From Macrostomum hystrix (Eukaryota > Animalia > Platyhelminthes), in the NCBI GenBank assembly GCA_950097015.1, contig CATNEN010000039.1, positions 8,556,001-8,620,000 on the forward strand: 64,000 nt of DNA, given 5' to 3'. The notes under the pieces were generated by a model. The model worked only from the letters and a program-made list of their open reading frames with translations, did not search any database and was not told the DNA's origin. How positions within the stretch are numbered: the stretch's first letter is position 1; each line of letters begins with the position of its first letter. Shown in pieces: positions 61,845-64,000 of the stretch. A program made the translations under genes and the position numbers.

Positions 61845-62450
61845 CCAGTTCCTTATCTTCATTATTCAGTTCCTTATCTTCATTATTCAGTTCCTTATCT
61901 TCATTATTCAGTTCCTTATCTTCATTATTCAGTTCCTTATCTTCATTATTCAGTTCCTTATCTTCATTATTCAGTTCCTTATCGTCATTATTCAGTTCCT
62001 TATCTTCATTATTCAGTTCCTTATCTTCATTATTCAGTTCTTTATCTTCATTATTCAGTTCCTTATCTTCATTCTTCAGTTCCTTATCTTCATTATTCAG
62101 TTCCTTATCTTCATTATTCAGTTCCTTATCTTCATTATTCAGTTCCTTATCTTCATTATTCAGTTCCTTATCGTCATTATTCAGTTCCTTATCTTCATTA
62201 TTCAGTTCCTTATTTTCATTATTCAGTTCCTTATCTTCATTATTCAGTTCCTTATCTTCATTCTTCAGTTCCTTATCTTCATTATTCAGTTCCTTATCTT
62301 CATTCTTCAGTTCCTTATATTCATTATTCAGTTCCTTATCTTCATTCTTCAGTTCCTTATCTTCATTTTCCAGTTCTTTGTCTTCACTATTCAGTTCCTT
62401 ATCTTCATTATTCAGTTCCTTATCTTCATTCTTCGGTTCTTTCTCTTCCA
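61845..62450. repeat. 21-bp minisatellite (CAGTTCCTTATCTTCATTATT)n
   Basis: About 28 units; reads as (NNEDKEL)n on the minus strand. Confidence 0.95.
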
Positions 62451-63139
62451 TGTTCAGAGACATTTTATACCATGAAAACTATAAAACCAAGTTAACAAGG
62501 AACGTTGCATCAATTCAGAAACCAGACTTACAGAAGTAAAGGTATCAGATCATACGCTCGTATATTCATATTATTGGATTCTGCATTACATTCGCCTATC
62601 TCTCAATTCCACTTAACTAAAAAACAATGGCATCACAAGCACAATGTTAGGCTTCTGAATCGGCCATTCATGTGACAATGTTGTCGCTGTTAAATTGGTT
62701 CAGCTAACATTACAATAATTTTTTTACATTTCTCTATTACGTAATAGTTAGCCCCTCATTCTTCTGTAGGGGAGAAAAATTGTATTACGCAACGCAACCC
62801 TCTTCATTGTGCCTTGCTGGCTACAACAATGTCCCTGAGGCCAGCCTGATAATTCATATCAGGTGCTGTTGAAAGCAATGCAGAAATCCTATTTCTCCTA
62901 TTATTAGGAGGTGTTCCAGCACTGGCAATAGACTGCGGGGGGTCAATTTTGTAAAGTGGATTTAGCTCCCACTGTGTTATGGGTGACAGAATTGTCTCAA
63001 TAAAATTAGCACATCCCTTACTCATGAAAACAGACAATTTTGTTTGAGTTTAGAACAAAACAGCATTGTCTTGGTTTAAGAGGTTAAAAAAAGACCATGA
63101 TAGATTGATCTGATACTTATCGATGACTCTATATCTATT

Positions 63140-63630
63140 AAATATTAGTCTAGATAAATCAGTGATTAGTCTAGATCTTTTATTAGTTAGTCTAGATAAA
63201 TCAGTGATTAGTCTAGATCTTTTATTAGTTAGTCTAGATCTATCAGTGATTAGTCTAGATCTTTTATTTGTTAGTCTAGATCTTTTATTAGTTAGTCTAG
63301 ATCAATCAGTGATTAGTCTAGATCTATCACTGATTAGTCTAGATCTATCACAGATTAGTCTAGATCTACCACAGATTAGTCTAGATCTATCACAGATTAG
63401 TCTAGATCTATCACAGATTAGTCTATAACTTTTATTAGTTAGTCTAGATCTATCACAGATTAGTCTAGATCTATCACAGATTAGTCTAGATCTACCACAG
63501 ATTAGTCTAGATCTATCACAGATTAGTCTATAACTAATCTAGATCTAGATCTACCACAGATTAGTCTAGATCTATCACTGATTAGTCTAAATCTATCACT
63601 GATTAGTCTAGATCTTTCATTAGTTAGTCT
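63140..63630. repeat. 21-bp minisatellite (TAGTCTAGATCTATCACAGAT)n with palindromic core
   Basis: About 23 units. Confidence 0.93.
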
Positions 63631-63697
63631 ATCTGTACATGTTTCTGCATTACACTGGGTGTTAAAAATGCCCCAATTACGAATGGTTCATACTCAC

Positions 63698-63899
63698 CAG
63701 TTGAGGTTGCTGTGTGGCATTTCCGGATTCGTCCAACTGTGAAAGGTGCGATTTTGGAGGGTTTAATTCTACTTTTTTTATTGCTTTAATCTGCTTTACA
63801 TATTGCCATTGTGTGTTATTTAGGGACTCTAGAGATTGGGTGATGAGTCCATTCGTGTTTGCAAGTTTCTTCTTTGAGAAATTTGGTACTTTAGGCTGG
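63698..63899 (-). other. Possible coding exon of unknown affiliation
   Basis: ttattcag acceptor, open frame (QPKVPNFSKKK..QQPQL) and a perfect GTGAGT donor. No recognisable domain. Confidence 0.3.
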
Positions 63900-64000
63900 C
63901 TGAATAAAATAATTAGTAGAAATTTTCTGTAGAAATTTGAGTGGGCATTCCGCCTGACCCGGTCCATGGACTGAACAGCTGTTCAGTCCACAGACAACTG

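Overview
Eukaryotic (metazoan) genomic DNA with GT-AG introns and very dense minisatellites. The style resembles a free-living flatworm such as Macrostomum; this is an inference, not a lookup. Seven protein-coding loci were assembled by hand: the 5' end of a secreted TSPN/laminin-G protein (-), an 8-exon SLC13 di/tricarboxylate transporter (-), an intronless DEG/ENaC channel (+), a 6-exon Njmu-R1/C17orf75 homologue (+), a 2-exon EF-hand protein (-), a 7-exon EVA-1/EVA1C-like lectin receptor spanning 24.6 kb (+), and the 3' part of a Fat1/Fat-like cadherin (-). Mobile DNA includes two tRNA-derived SINE families (one CORE-like), two MITEs with target-site duplications, a decayed Ty3/gypsy pol fragment and a possible solo LTR. 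The most unusual signal is intronic. Every intron of the EVA-1-like gene, and several of the Fat introns, holds one or more distinct minisatellites. Most are G/purine-rich on the sense strand whichever way the gene points, several repeat splice-site consensus motifs, and some look derived from foldback/MITE elements. Most long ORFs in the supplied track are artefacts of these repeats. No CRISPR array, rRNA or intact tRNA gene is supported.
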